Of a stretch of 64,000 bases of DNA, positions 23,601 through 36,700 are shown piece by piece. Origin of the DNA: Laetmonice hystrix (taxonomy: Eukaryota); the NCBI GenBank assembly GCA_965235115.1, contig OZ249445.1, positions 4,340,001 to 4,404,000 of the forward strand, given 5' to 3'. Under the pieces are notes generated by a model that was not told the DNA's origin, did not search any database, and saw nothing but the letters and a program-made list of their open reading frames with translations. Every line of letters starts with the position of its first letter. The stretch's first letter is position 1. The translations under genes and the position numbers were made by a program.

Positions 23601-25757
23601 CTTATCTCGTATAAAGGTCCAGATACACAGACCTATTTACGACCGATTTTTCTCTATACCTTCCCATATGGAGAAAAAGCGTCCATATCTCAAAATCGGC
23701 CGTAAATAATATTGGTCTGTGTATGTGTTTGTGGGCCTTACGATGACCTGTGTTTTTTGGGGTTTCATTTGTGTGTACAGGGGGTAAGGGCATGTGATAG
23801 GTCGGTCAGTTTGAGGAGAGAAAGAAAAGGTGGGAAAGCGACCAATAATTACGAAGAGAATGGAGCCTATATGTTATTCTGTCATTCTATGCTTTGATGA
23901 TTTGGCAGATATTTCTATACGTATGACGTATGTAGAATGATACTTCTCATGCCCATATGTAGAATGATACTTCTCGTGACCATAGAACTAGAAGTATAAA
24001 AGTAATCGGATCTTGTATGAAAGGTCACGTACGTTTATTTGAAAGTTTGTCAAAAGTGGAGTTAAAATATCACTAATAACACTGCTATACACTATATATG
24101 ATATAGCTTTGTTGAAATGTTATGACCGCATTTTGCGCAGTAGGCCTATACCGTACTGAGACCATCAGTAAACAGTGCTGCTGAGATACAAGAAAGACAT
24201 GAAGGGACGCTGAGTTTAACAGGAGGCTGTGTGTGTACCATACAGTTGACATTCACAATGACGGCGCATTATGTCAGCGTACGGGCGTCCTTTCATGTTC
24301 AAACATTATTTACACGCCGACCTTTGAGACGGGCCCCGGACCAATTAACGGATAACAAATATCAAGGGATTGATTTAGCGATAAAAATATGACCCCTAAG
24401 GCAGTGTGTGGGGAACAGGAGACTGGGGATATGAATGTTTGAGATTTAGGATTGAGGAAGTACATGGACGCTCGGCGTTCGTCCGTACGGATCATAGCGT
24501 TCTGTGAAACCCGCCCGTCGCGAGGGGACATGGATACACAACGTAATTAATAATGACGCCTGCCGCTCTGTGTCGCTAGGAGACACAACAGCGTTCGTGT
24601 TACTTGAAATAGGGTTCACCATAATGAAACGAGAGCTAATTTCTAATTAGACGCTACGGAAAGTGGTCGCCAGTGGCAACCTGGCCATGTGGATCACGGT
24701 GGCCGTCAATCTTAACTTTTATTACTATTTCTTTCTAAGGGTAGGTTGGGCATTCTGAAAGGACCCCCACCCTGTCCCAAGATTATACATGATTTATCCC
24801 TTCACCTCTTGACGAGTTCCACATGCAGGTGCAGTGGGGGATCCAGGGACCGGCCCCCCTTAGATTTTCCTCTCTTTTTTTAAAGATGAAGATGCATTAG
24901 TATAGTCACAATCAAATCATGCCGAGCGTAGGGAGGTTACAACTTTTTGAGGTGCCTGGGGCTATTCCGCCTTATATCCATTTATTAGGAAGGCTCATCA
25001 TGATCAGTAGGTCTAGATTGCAATAACCCCTCCACCAGGGGTGGGATCTTGTGAGAAAAAAAGGAATCCAAGCGGGCTGAAGTCGGGGAACTTTGTTATT
25101 AAAACAGAAAGTTTAGCTCCAGGAGTTGCGCATAGGGAATGGAGGTCCGGACCCCTTGACTGCCCTGTGGGTCCGCCGCTGGGATGTGTCAGCGTTTGGA
25201 CGAAGATTGAGATCACCTTGAGCCTTCCGTCACCACCAATCCTCACTCCAAACATGGTTGATGTCAGCGAGCCGGGTGGTAATCAATCACTGTCATCATA
25301 ATCATATCGGACAACTGAGCAAGTTGGCATCAGTCCCATTACTCTTTATCCAACCCGTGTGTGGCCGAATATTACTAGAGGACGGACAGAGGTCACTTGG
25401 AGGTCACTTGTCGCAAAGGGCACATTGCCATCAATTTAAACGGGCACCTGGTTGCAAAAGGGCACATTTCTATCATGACAGGGTAGGTGAATTGGAACGG
25501 GGGCATGGCCTTGATAAGCCTGTTGATTGAGCTAACAATAATGGTTTGGGAACAATGTCGCTTGCCTATTCGGTTAAAACTTTTGGGTTAAACCCTGCTG
25601 AAGGTTACATATGGGTCAAACCTCCGTCAGGTCTGACTGGTTTTCTGGAAACCATAGGTTTGACTTGTTTTGTCGCTAGACCTTTACGCTTAGGAAAAGG
25701 GTGGTGGTATTGAGGAAATGAATGAATAAAAGACGCTGGTATTTGTATACAAAAATA

Positions 25758-25763
25758 TTTATT
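25758..25763 (-). terminator. Candidate poly(A) signal of GABBR2, implying a 3' UTR of about 2 kb
   Basis: AATAAA on the minus strand in an AT-rich tract about 1.95 kb past the GABBR2 stop. Not unique, so tentative. Confidence 0.3.
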
Positions 25764-26445
25764 CAATATATATAATGTATATGTATATATACACAGTATA
25801 AGGTATGGTCATTTAACAATGCATATCAAACGAACATAATTCACCGAGGTGTAGTGGGGATGGGGCAGCAAGACAAAATTTAAATTAAAGTTAAGCGTGC
25901 ATGGAAGTTCTGACAATATGTGGACACAAAAGTGATTTAAACGTCCGTTTGGACGAGACGTAAAGCAACATAATGAATGCACTGAGACGTCTCACATTCA
26001 AAGCGATTACTACATGTAATTTTACGAAAGGAAATACAGACTGATTATATTACAAATGTATATTGTACGGCCACGACGGTGAATCTAAAAAGGCATATTT
26101 CTATCAGCATTTTCAAGCTATTTTGAGTGCATAAACGCCATATAAAAACGATAGGACGCAGGACTTGGTTTTGGGGCCATTCCTGGTGTAAAAATGCTTA
26201 CAGTATTCGAATATATAGTAGCCAGGGAGAAGGTTTTCAGGGTATAGGCTTGTCTCGTTAGGATGGAGGTGAAAAGATCAATTTAAAGGAGAATCTGTAT
26301 GACATTACCTCACGAATATACGTTGAGTCAACTGAACACAGCCTGCAGGCACTAGAACTGGCAAAGCCGTCAAGAAACTTGCCAGGGCGGACCGAATTTT
26401 CAGAAACTCTGCGGTGGGTGTTTGATGGACGATAGTGTATGTTAA

Positions 26446-26676
26446 AGCGGCACCCTAAATTCCTTCACCTTACCTTTGCTCCCCAGTGACACCATGTTAA
26501 AATTTCAGGTTCGAGCGATAAGCGGAAGTAGTTTAAAAATGGAGTTATGTTAGGGCCCCGATTTATCGTTCGGCTCGACCGCTATATCCTGAAGTCCGCG
26601 CAGGCTGAGAGCTGAAATTTTAACATGGTGTCACTGGGGTTCAAGGGTAAGTATTTGAGGAATTTGCAGTGCCACT
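26446..26676. mobile_element. Second TTAA-flanked MITE of the same family as 2442-2707
   Basis: TTAA|AGCGGCAC...GTGCCACT|TTAA (TTAA at 26442-26445 and 26677-26680). Shares ttaaaatttcaggttcga and aaatggagttatgttagggcccc with the first copy. Confidence 0.8.
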
Positions 26677-27709
26677 TTAAGCCTTCAGGAAATTAATTAT
26701 ATCAACGTAATTAGGAACATATATATGGGTCAATTTCATCACTCATAGGCACTCCTAACGTATTAAAACAACTATCTTTTGGCAAATAGATAATGAAATA
26801 AATAAGTAAATCGGATTGTTAGCAACCAGAGACCTTGCTAGGTTTCGGTCTATCTTAGGAAATGTACGAGATCGTTGAAAAAGGGGGGATGGGACATTAA
26901 TAAATATAAGACTTTGGAATTCTTGAAGTATTATGATTATCCGTATGGAGTTCAGGAAAGCAGGTCAGATCCCACTAGAGTAATAGAGTTATTATGCTAA
27001 CTGTAAGCACTAAAGCAATAATAGTATACTGACTTCATATATAATTAATGGATTCATATGGCGTACATTAGGTGTCTGCATGGTACCCTTCCATCATTCG
27101 ATCCTTGCATACATTACTATAGGTTATGCACCAGATTTCTGGTTTTACTAGATAATGACTTGGAAAAATTAGAGGCACTGTGCTATGAAATAATACTTTG
27201 TACGCATTGTATTCCTTTTGCACATGGTATTTGTCGATATACCTCTACCACAAGACGAAGGACTTTGTACGAAACCCATTGTTACTTTTACATGGTTACA
27301 TAATTATGAGTACATGCCTTACCTTATATGGAAACTACACACTACCTCACGTCACAGCTCCGCAGACGAACGACTCATCGAAGGGCGCTCCCGTTTTATA
27401 GGGGGCGCCGCGATCGATCTGAGTATAATATTATGTGAAAGCAATCACAGTCATTTATGTGGTTATAGAGGGTGAAACGGAAACATAGGATGCTGCCATG
27501 GATACAGAATGACGTCATATTGCTACGGTGAGCGTAGATGGAGTGGCGTGAGCGAGATCCTATCAGTGGCTGATGTGAATCCCAGTCGGCCCGAGTAGAA
27601 ACCCTGATGATATTATACTCTATAGAAAGTGGCAATACCAGTTACCATGACGACAATATTCTGCAGGATAGTTGAACTTTTTTTTGCAATCACGCATCAA
27701 CAATACGCC

Positions 27710-30700
27710 CTAGATATATTCAATGAATTCACATCGTATAGAGGGCCGCGGCCCCGGATGTTTGTGCGGAGATACCAGGGGCGAGGAGGGCGCCAAGGCT
27801 GTGAAATTCGTTGCCAAGGGCAACGGTATCTGGTCCACAAAGATCTCCTCCCCCTCTCCGGAATCACTTCCGAGTTCAGGGTCAGTGTCCACGTCACCGT
27901 CACGTGACTCGGTGTCGGTGTCGCCGTCTGGCGGCGGGCTGTGTCCGGCATGAGGAGGGTGGGTGCGGAGGTTGGCGGGGTCGGACGGACGCCCGTGGCC
28001 CGCCAGCGTCCCCGTCGACTGCTGGTGGCCCGGCGGGGCGGACGACGACGGGCGTTCCATCATGGCCGACTCCTCGGTAACATCGTCCTCATCTGTTTTT
28101 TTGCGAGGTCAATAACACAACATATTAATTAGCAATAATTATTTATAATACCATGCTCTAATGAACATGTGACATATGCACTGATTACACGGCCATCATC
28201 GTTCTGTCCGAATTCTTCCTCACACTCACGGCCTACACCATGAGGGTAGACCTCGCCAGATTAGTGGTGGGCGTCTTTTACAGCCCAATCACAAACCAAA
28301 ATCTTTTGTTTTCTCAAGAGCTACCTCCGTTGTGAATTACACAATGATTTATGCAGATACTTTGAGACCAGGTGGCGATCCCAAGTTGGAAGACGACAGT
28401 CGTCTCCAGCATGCCGTATAGTTCCGCAAGACCCGTAGATTTAAACCACGGGCAGGACGAGTTTACATAACGATAATGGCAAACGGCACGGCGTTTCCAA
28501 ACTAATGCATCAGACCGATAACAAGCGACATTCATTTCTTATGGACACCAACAAATCAACATGCAATCCTTTCTAAAAGCCGAGATAAAACCAATTCACA
28601 CAGCAGTAGGTGTTTTTGTGACGCTGACCTCGATTCAATATTTCACGATTGTGACGAGGACAAATATACTTGACCATTACCTCTACTGCACTCTTTCGTC
28701 GATAGGAGCCAGGCCAGGGGCAACCTTTGCAAACAAAGGCCGAGATCCATAACAACCGGCCCAATTTTTGCTTCAGTTTTTGCTGTGGGGAAAATCGGTC
28801 GGCTCATAAAGTGGGACTAAATTCGTGTGTGTGGATCACAGCTTTGACGCAGCTATTCCTTGAAGGCCTCGGGTATATACATGTACATGTAATATCCCAT
28901 TATTGGGGCCTTTATACTGCCCCCCCCCCCCCCCGCTCCGCCGGCCTGGGGTCTCCTATTATACTTGTTGAGTATTCAGCACTTCTTACAATAGGCCTAC
29001 CCTTGAACATAATATTAGATCTGAACTGAGAACCGCACCTTTTGGTGTATCAGCATCAGACGTAGATGTCACATAGGCGTGCAAAACAAGTCTATATAAT
29101 TCAAGCCTATAATTCTACGTCATTGAAGAGTAATGCAATAACCGGCTAGTTGTCGTCCTTAGTCGTGACAGCATTGAAAAGGAAACATGTTTGCATGAAG
29201 AACAAGTGTTAGTAGACTAGCAGGGAAGGTTAGAGATGATAATAGGTGCACATACCACTAACGTGGCTAGGCTATAACAACGAGGTAGTGGCATCAGTTT
29301 CGTCCTCATGCTCTGAAACAATCAACGACACGTTTAGAATGGAGGACACCGGAGGACAAGGACAGTGAGAGGTCAGGGGCATTGCTTTGCGCATGCGTTG
29401 AAAGGTGACACCTGGCGTAGAGGCGAGGTACTAAATGTAGACTCGACCTTAGACGGTTGCATACAGGTTGGCCGACACTATTTCTCAGGCAGTGTGGATA
29501 ACCGGGAATGAGACCAGGACATGCACTAGTCTAAAGTTTCATTAGTGTGTTAGTGCTATCCAGAAGGTGACAAATACAGCCAGACAGGCTCGATGCAAAC
29601 AGAAGTGTCATGCAGGTAAAACGGGTCCCATACAAACTAGTCGGCGTTAAATTAAAAAACAATATGCCTCAGAAAAATTAACAAGTATGGCCTAGTTACT
29701 GAGATAGGGTTCTAAATGGTGTTTTCCCAAGGAATCTGCCGGATAGTTGAGTTCATACGAACTCAGTTGGCCACTCTACTCGTTCCTCAAGGCAATGAGG
29801 GGAAAAGGCAATGGGGAACAGAAGATCGGTCCTCTGGTTGTGAAAGACTGACTACCACGTCTATACTGTACTGGTAAATCTGATGTGGGTATGAAACAAG
29901 GAAAACCTCGCCACAAAAATCAGCCACATTAAGCAGGAGGAAATGGCGCTCTTAAAAAGATACATGCGGAAGATTAAAACAACCACAGTCCCCCCAAAAT
30001 CGCTCGAATTTTGCATTATAGGAAAGGATCAGGGCGACTTAAATATAGACCGAGTTTAGCTGCAATATTTGCAGGCAATCTGTAAGATATCTCAAGCTAT
30101 TGTAAGCGCCTGGATGAAGGTTTGACGGAAAAGGCCGTAAAACAGTTCTTAAATTAGTATACCATGGTTATTACTACATCTGGAGGCTAACTTTAGGTCT
30201 GGGATAAACATTTTACGTGTCAGACAAAGCTATAATGGTTTCTTCATGGGGAAGAGTTAGTATTGTTAGTATACATGTAACAAGTTTCACATGACAACAG
30301 GAACAGTGAATAGTCAAGCAGAGATGAGTGCTCCGACCTGGCAGACTAGTGCCACTGCGCATGCTCAGTGTCTCAGGGTCGGAGTCGGACAAGATGGCGG
30401 TCTCCTTGAGGTAGAGGTCATCACGTGTCAAGAACTTGAGTCCTTGGTATGACGGTGTTCGTGGGGGGTCCGTCAACCCTGACTGCGGCCTGTGACAAAT
30501 GACAACGTGTTTTGTTGAACGCTTCCAAATCCTTCAAACAATAAACATACTGGGAAACAAATTAAAACACCGTTTTGGCTTATAGCCGCTTGGAGCGACA
30601 TTGTAACGTGGTTACTGTCCGTGGTTCTGAGCTCTCCCGAGCACCCCCCCCCCTTTCTAGCCGTATTCATGCGGAAATGAGGGGAGGGGAAAATGGCGAC

Positions 30701-33700
30701 GTCCTTAATAACTCTCGGAGTAGGGACGGCCCGCAGAGACCACTCTATTTTTGCCGGCACCACATTAAGCATAAAGAGTTTCTGGTTTCTTTGGCACTGC
30801 TGAGTTTTTGTCCACTCATAACTTAACAGTCTTCTGACGTTTCTAATTGGCCAGAATGCTTTTCTCTGCTCTTATCGGACTACTGGTCGCATGGGCACAA
30901 ACCCTTTTAATTAGTGCACAGGCATTAAATGCCCATTTAAACAAAACAGTATTCCGTCTTTTAGAATAAGCCCTTTATCTGCAGTATTGGAGGGGCAGAG
31001 GGTTTAAATGCAGCAATTTCATCAAACGAGCATTGATCAGCAGAATCGAAAAATTAAGTGCCAGTTCTCGTGGTTAAAAACCGGTCCATCTCAGCCATGT
31101 GATCAAGACTTTTCAAATACTCGTGGTCCAATTGAATGGAACCTGCTGGACTAGGTGCACTTAGAACATGCAGAAGCGTGACTTAACTTGGGCATTCAGA
31201 GAGTACGATATAAATGCACGTGAGAGTACCATGCAAAGGCTTCAATAGAAGGTGAGAGACAGTCATAGATTGGTGAGAATGGATAAATTCATACCAGACT
31301 ATACATCTGATCGCCTTATTTGTAAACCAGCGTTAATTGTCCTCTTATATGAGATCGTTGCTAAGGCCTAAACTGAAGCCTTCACTGTAAAACCTTGTCC
31401 GCTTTAGGGTATTATCCCCTAAATCGCGACATGAGTCACAAAAAGTTGCTAACCTGGAGGATTTAGCCTGCGTCTCCTCATACGATGGAGGAGGTACGAA
31501 CGGGTCATTCTCAGCCGGAAGATCACCGTCATCAGCGTCCTCCTCCAGCTCATCCTGCTCGTCAAGACTTCCCGAGAACGACTGTAGCGCCGGCATGCGG
31601 CCATACCGGGAACCACCTCTGAAAGTACCACAATGCATTGTTTGAGTGACGCTGCGTCAGACCGCCATTTTAATTAGACTAACAGCAAGTTAAACACGTT
31701 AAAAGAATTTTACCCGATATCGGTGAGTTCGATGGTCTCGGTGACGTTGGTGTCGACGCTGTCCTGGCGTGCGACGTACATACGTCCGTCACGGTCGACT
31801 GGCCACAGGTTGGTGGCAGACGACATGGAGAGAACTGACTGTTCGTCGTCTGAACACAGCGTTCCTTAACGTCACAAACACGAAAAATAAACCTTTTATA
31901 AATCAGCCTGAGCGTCAGTGGGTAGTGGGTCCCTGTCGGCCAAAAAACATCGTCGCGGCCAAAATGCATTATTTATAAGTTGTTAAGTGGCTTCCCAGGT
32001 CTCCTAGTGCCTGATAATGATGATAATGATGATGAGGCACACAGTTCTTAATGAATGAAAGAAAGAGGAAAAGTTAACGAAATGATGTTTGCCTCTCGCC
32101 TGAATTACAAGGTCGGTGCCCCCACACGTCAGTGTCAATCTCGCGGGAAGGAGGGGGGGGGGGATCAAGAATATGCCTATCATTTCCCTCTCCAAAATGC
32201 AGTATACCATGCATTAGCCGAGCCGATTCAATTTATTTTCTTATACTGACCAGTGAAATGTTCATTCATGTTTCATGTTTGAGCGATGAGTGAAACTATA
32301 GCAAAATGAAGCTATAACTGGCCGTTCTATTACCGTTCGGACCGGAAGTGAGGCCTGTAGGGGACTCCCTTACATCCGACTAATGCACCCAGTACTTTCG
32401 GTATAGTCGCATTCAGGGAACATGGAATTTTAAAATGGTGTTGCTGAGGATAAAAGGTAACTTATTAAGGAATTTAACATGCCGCTTTAAAACCTGGGCC
32501 ATGCTTCTTCCTACTTGTTCCTTGCCCCTCCCCAGGCACACATAGTGAGCTCATGCAAAATGACAACTGGCAAACTGTTGGCCCCAGACCGACTCCTTAT
32601 ATGGTGCTCACCCGCCGACATCCTACTGGGCGACATCTGGCGGTCGCCGATGACGTGACCAAGAACGCCCGTGGCTCTGAGAGCGTCCACCTGTTTGTGG
32701 GCCGGGGACCTTGTGACGCCATCCACCAGCGCCGCCTCCTCGCCCAGTTGTAGCAGCAGTTCGGCGATTTTCCGGTTCTTCTGTTAAAAAACGACAGACA
32801 CATAATCTTGAGAAGCAGGCCTGTATATATATCATGTCAGAAAGAAATGGAAATATAGTTCAAAGCGTCGAGCACGCTAACTTCCACTTATTAAATACAC
32901 ACACTGAGTGGGACGAGTGAATTGCCTTGATTACGGGTCCCTTGGATTAACGTGGCTGCCTCAGCGCGTTCCGTTGACATGGTTACGGATCAACAGAAGG
33001 AGAAGAAGCAGCAGCAGCCGGGGATAGCCGGTTTGATGTGACGATGGCTGATGTTGGAAAGCCCCAGTTTCTCCATCAGACACCCCAATGCCATCCATCA
33101 GAGCCACCCCCACCCACCCAGACCGGGGCTTGGAGACGGATCCCTTATTTACCCAGACAGGATCAGAAGGAATACTTCAACACCACTGAGATCTTGTTAG
33201 TTTACGGGTCCAGCCATCCAGCACGCCGGCCGGACCAGTCAAGAGTAAGATGGAAAAGGCACAGTGATTGTCATGATAGGAGACGAGGAAACACTTGAGC
33301 AGAGGAACATGACAAGTTGGTGCATCAATGAGAAGGTGATGGAGGTCGGGGGCTGGCGGGCGGGCCGGCCGTCCGGATGGATCATCTCTCCTGCAGCAGT
33401 GTGAAGCTGCTCAACACGCCAACAACAGATTGTAATCGTTACCACCGACACCACAGAAATGGTTCGTCATATTTCCCCATAGAACCACTTACTGGTCGGA
33501 AGGCGTCAGAGTTGTACTGCATGGAGGAAATGGTACTTCTCGTTCACCTGCAGGAGTGGCTTCTTTTAACTGGGGCGGGGGTGGGGGGTATTTCTGCCGA
33601 ATTCTCGCTATGTCTGACCAGGTTGTGGCGTTTCAAAACTGAAGTTCTTGCGCAAAGTTAAGATTAGCCCTTCCCATTGGCTGGTCTGCCAACCTGCATG

Positions 33701-36700
33701 CTTGGTCAGCTTTTGTAGCCCCACCTGTAGTATGAGGCGTGATTAAGCACTAAGCAGCAAAGCAGAATCCATCTGAGTTAAGCCACGACCGAGCAGTCGT
33801 TGGCATGATGCGGATCAGTCATTTTCTACATCTTCGCCACGTATTTCACGTCCAGACTCTAATGATGAATGGATGGACCCTTCGGCTAGAAAGGAGCTCA
33901 GTTTTCTAGATTTCTTTCTTTCATTTTGACAAAGTGGCAGTGACAGAGGAGAAACAAGAGAGTAAAAGAAGTATAACGAATTTCTCTTACCCATATTGAT
34001 GTTTTCTGTAAAAGTTAAAGAGTTTTTTTAATACCTTAAAGGCAAGTTAACACGAAGCTCGTATTGCTCGTTTTGTCGTGGTGTTTTATCGTTCTGCAGA
34101 GGGAAATGTTGAAAACTGTAAAACTGAAGGCAGCCTTATTCTGCACCTATACGGTACGGCCGGTGCCTACGTAAAGGCCGGGACGGTGGAAAACTGTTGG
34201 CATGAGCGGATCCAGGATTTTGGTAGGACGGGGAGGGGGGGGGGGGGTTAGAGAAAGAATTTGCTAATGGAGGATAAGCATGGCCAATTCAGAAAGTTCT
34301 ATGGCGAAAAAAGAAAAAATGGTTGCCAGGGGGTTAAACCCCTTAATCCCCCCCCCCCCCCCCGATCCGCCACTGACTGGGACACTGTATAGGGGCAATC
34401 AGATCATTTGCCATTCAAATATGGTGAAATGCCTCATCATCAAAGCGGCAAAATAAATCACAGAGACGTATTTTTGACATTTTCTGAAAAAGTGACATTT
34501 TCTGACGAAATATAAAGTAAGCCTTTTGGAGCAGTAGACCTGTGCGAAATGTTCGTTCAGCATGAGCAAACATCAGTATGGGTGACGTCATAGATAAGCG
34601 TCTTTGTCTCAGACGCTCTTTAGATTTCTTTCTATGCCGGCTGTAAGAGCTTGAACGCTTCCTCGAACCATCCCCCGGCCGTACTTACTTAAGGCTACAC
34701 GATTACTGCAAAAAGACAGTGAAGATTCTATATCTTTACTTTCAAGAAGAACTTAATTGAAAGCGAAGAGCTTGAAAAACCATTGCCGAGCTCCAACGAA
34801 CGCCGTCTCGAGGCTTCGCGGAGCCACGCCATAGAGAATTACGGTGTGCGCCTGCGCTGGCAGGCTGCGCGGTCAGTGACGTGGTCGTGGCGGCCGTCTG
34901 CCGTGGCAGAGTTTTTGTTTGCCATGCCGCGGGCCATGCGAGGCACCGTCTGTACCCATCTCCAGTAAATCGCACTGACAAGTGAAATCTTGAATATGGC
35001 CATTTTGCCGTCTCTGCACGGTTCGCCATTTTGATCTAGTCTTGCCACTTTAGTCAGTATTACAATGATTTCTGGGGTGTTTTGGCAGAAATAGACAATT
35101 GTTTGACCTTGAGATACTCGATTGCGACCAGTGAGAGGCTGGCATTGTATAGTATGATGGCAATGATACATATTGGTATTCAATTGGCTGGGCAGTTGCC
35201 GCCTGACTAGTCATATTTGAGATAGGTAGAATATTATTGATGGCAATATGCATAATAATACATAGAGACGGACCACTGTTTAAACGTTGATCTAGTTGAT
35301 CTATGCATGGTTCGGCTGGCCGTGAAACCCACACACAGCGCTCTGGATCCGCCCCAAATGATTAAAATATATTTTTATAATATTTTCCGAAATAAACACC
35401 ACCATCAATCTGAACTTAGTAGCAGCCATGACTGGGACCGGAAGCAATACATCTCTGGGACTCGGTTGGAGAATAAAACTGCTATACTTCGTCCTGTATA
35501 GATCTGTATGGGTAGGAAACAATACACTTCCTTCTACATGTCCAGTAGGCCAGTTACCCGTCACTGGACAATTATAGGGGGCGAGACAACTGGTTATTTA
35601 CGAGTTGTTAAATGAGTGTTTGCGTTTCCCCAGCCATTTAGCCTGCTGTGGTCAGGAAGACGAAATGTCCTGTTGCCAATACAAGAGACGCCAATGGACA
35701 CTTGGTAACCGGAAGTAGGGGAAGCTCTGTGTCACGTGACCTGATGCCACTAGTGTTGCGGTCAGACAAAGGCAGTGTATGGAGGCTATAATCAGAGCCA
35801 TAAAGTCAGGTTATGGCCATAACGTGACCTTTGGAATGGAGGGTGTCCATGGTTACCACAATCACATGGGTGTATCGCATATCTGCCACAAATACCAGTG
35901 CACACACTCGGAAGCATTCGGGAATCCTCGGCCATATCTTCGAAAGTAGCCTCGGGTGAAATAGGCGCCATTTTGAGCATTGCATCGCAGGTACATTTAG
36001 CTGGGACTCTCGCCAGCATGGCAGTGCTTGCAGTTTTTGCCTGCATCAGGCATGGAAGCAACTAAAATAGGCCTCCAGTACTTTCGCCAAAGTCAGTGGG
36101 CAATATTACGATAGTATCATGTTCATGATCCAAGTAGTCGTACCATCATCTGTCGTGGTGCTGTCGTTCATGGGCGCGGCCATATTGCTTCCCATAATTT
36201 GATAAATTACCGTATCACGCCCATTTAGGTAAATTACGTAGGCCTAATTGATTTTTTCAGTTCAAACGTTCCCCTTCATACCACGAAATATATATTTGCA
36301 CATGTATACAATGCCAAGAAGCAGGTTTTAATAATGCACTACTTTCTGGCTCGATGGGATATGACGGTTCACTCAGTGCCTCGCTACACAGGTCGATTTC
36401 GCCATGTATCTGGTTGCCAATGGCGCCCATTTCACCCGAGGGTATATGCAGAAATGACGTCATATGCCCGAGGGAATCCCGAATGACTCGGAAGTTGTTA
36501 CCTGCCCTAAACTGCGGGCGGCCGCCTCAAGATTTGATTACGGAGACCCGCCGACTTGTTAGATCTGCTTCAGGGAAGAAACTCCTTAGTGTTTAATAAG
36601 GAAACGAATTCAACCACTTAGGTTGTTTTGGGTCGTTGTCAGGGTAAAGGGGAGGGGGTTCATTGACAAATGGCCCTTACAATTTTTTTGTACGAACTCT

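Noticed and set aside
24440-24500. Minus-strand ERYDPYGRTPSVHVLPQS as an alternative GABBR2 last exon
   Set aside because: The phase is compatible but the acceptor is weak, and it lies beyond the likely poly(A) site; no other support.
33000-33450. Possible LINE (RTE-like) 3' remnant, [17 protein letters not shown]
   Set aside because: Only vague resemblance to the GRP..RW motif, with no recognisable RT domain. It needs a Dfam or RepeatMasker search.
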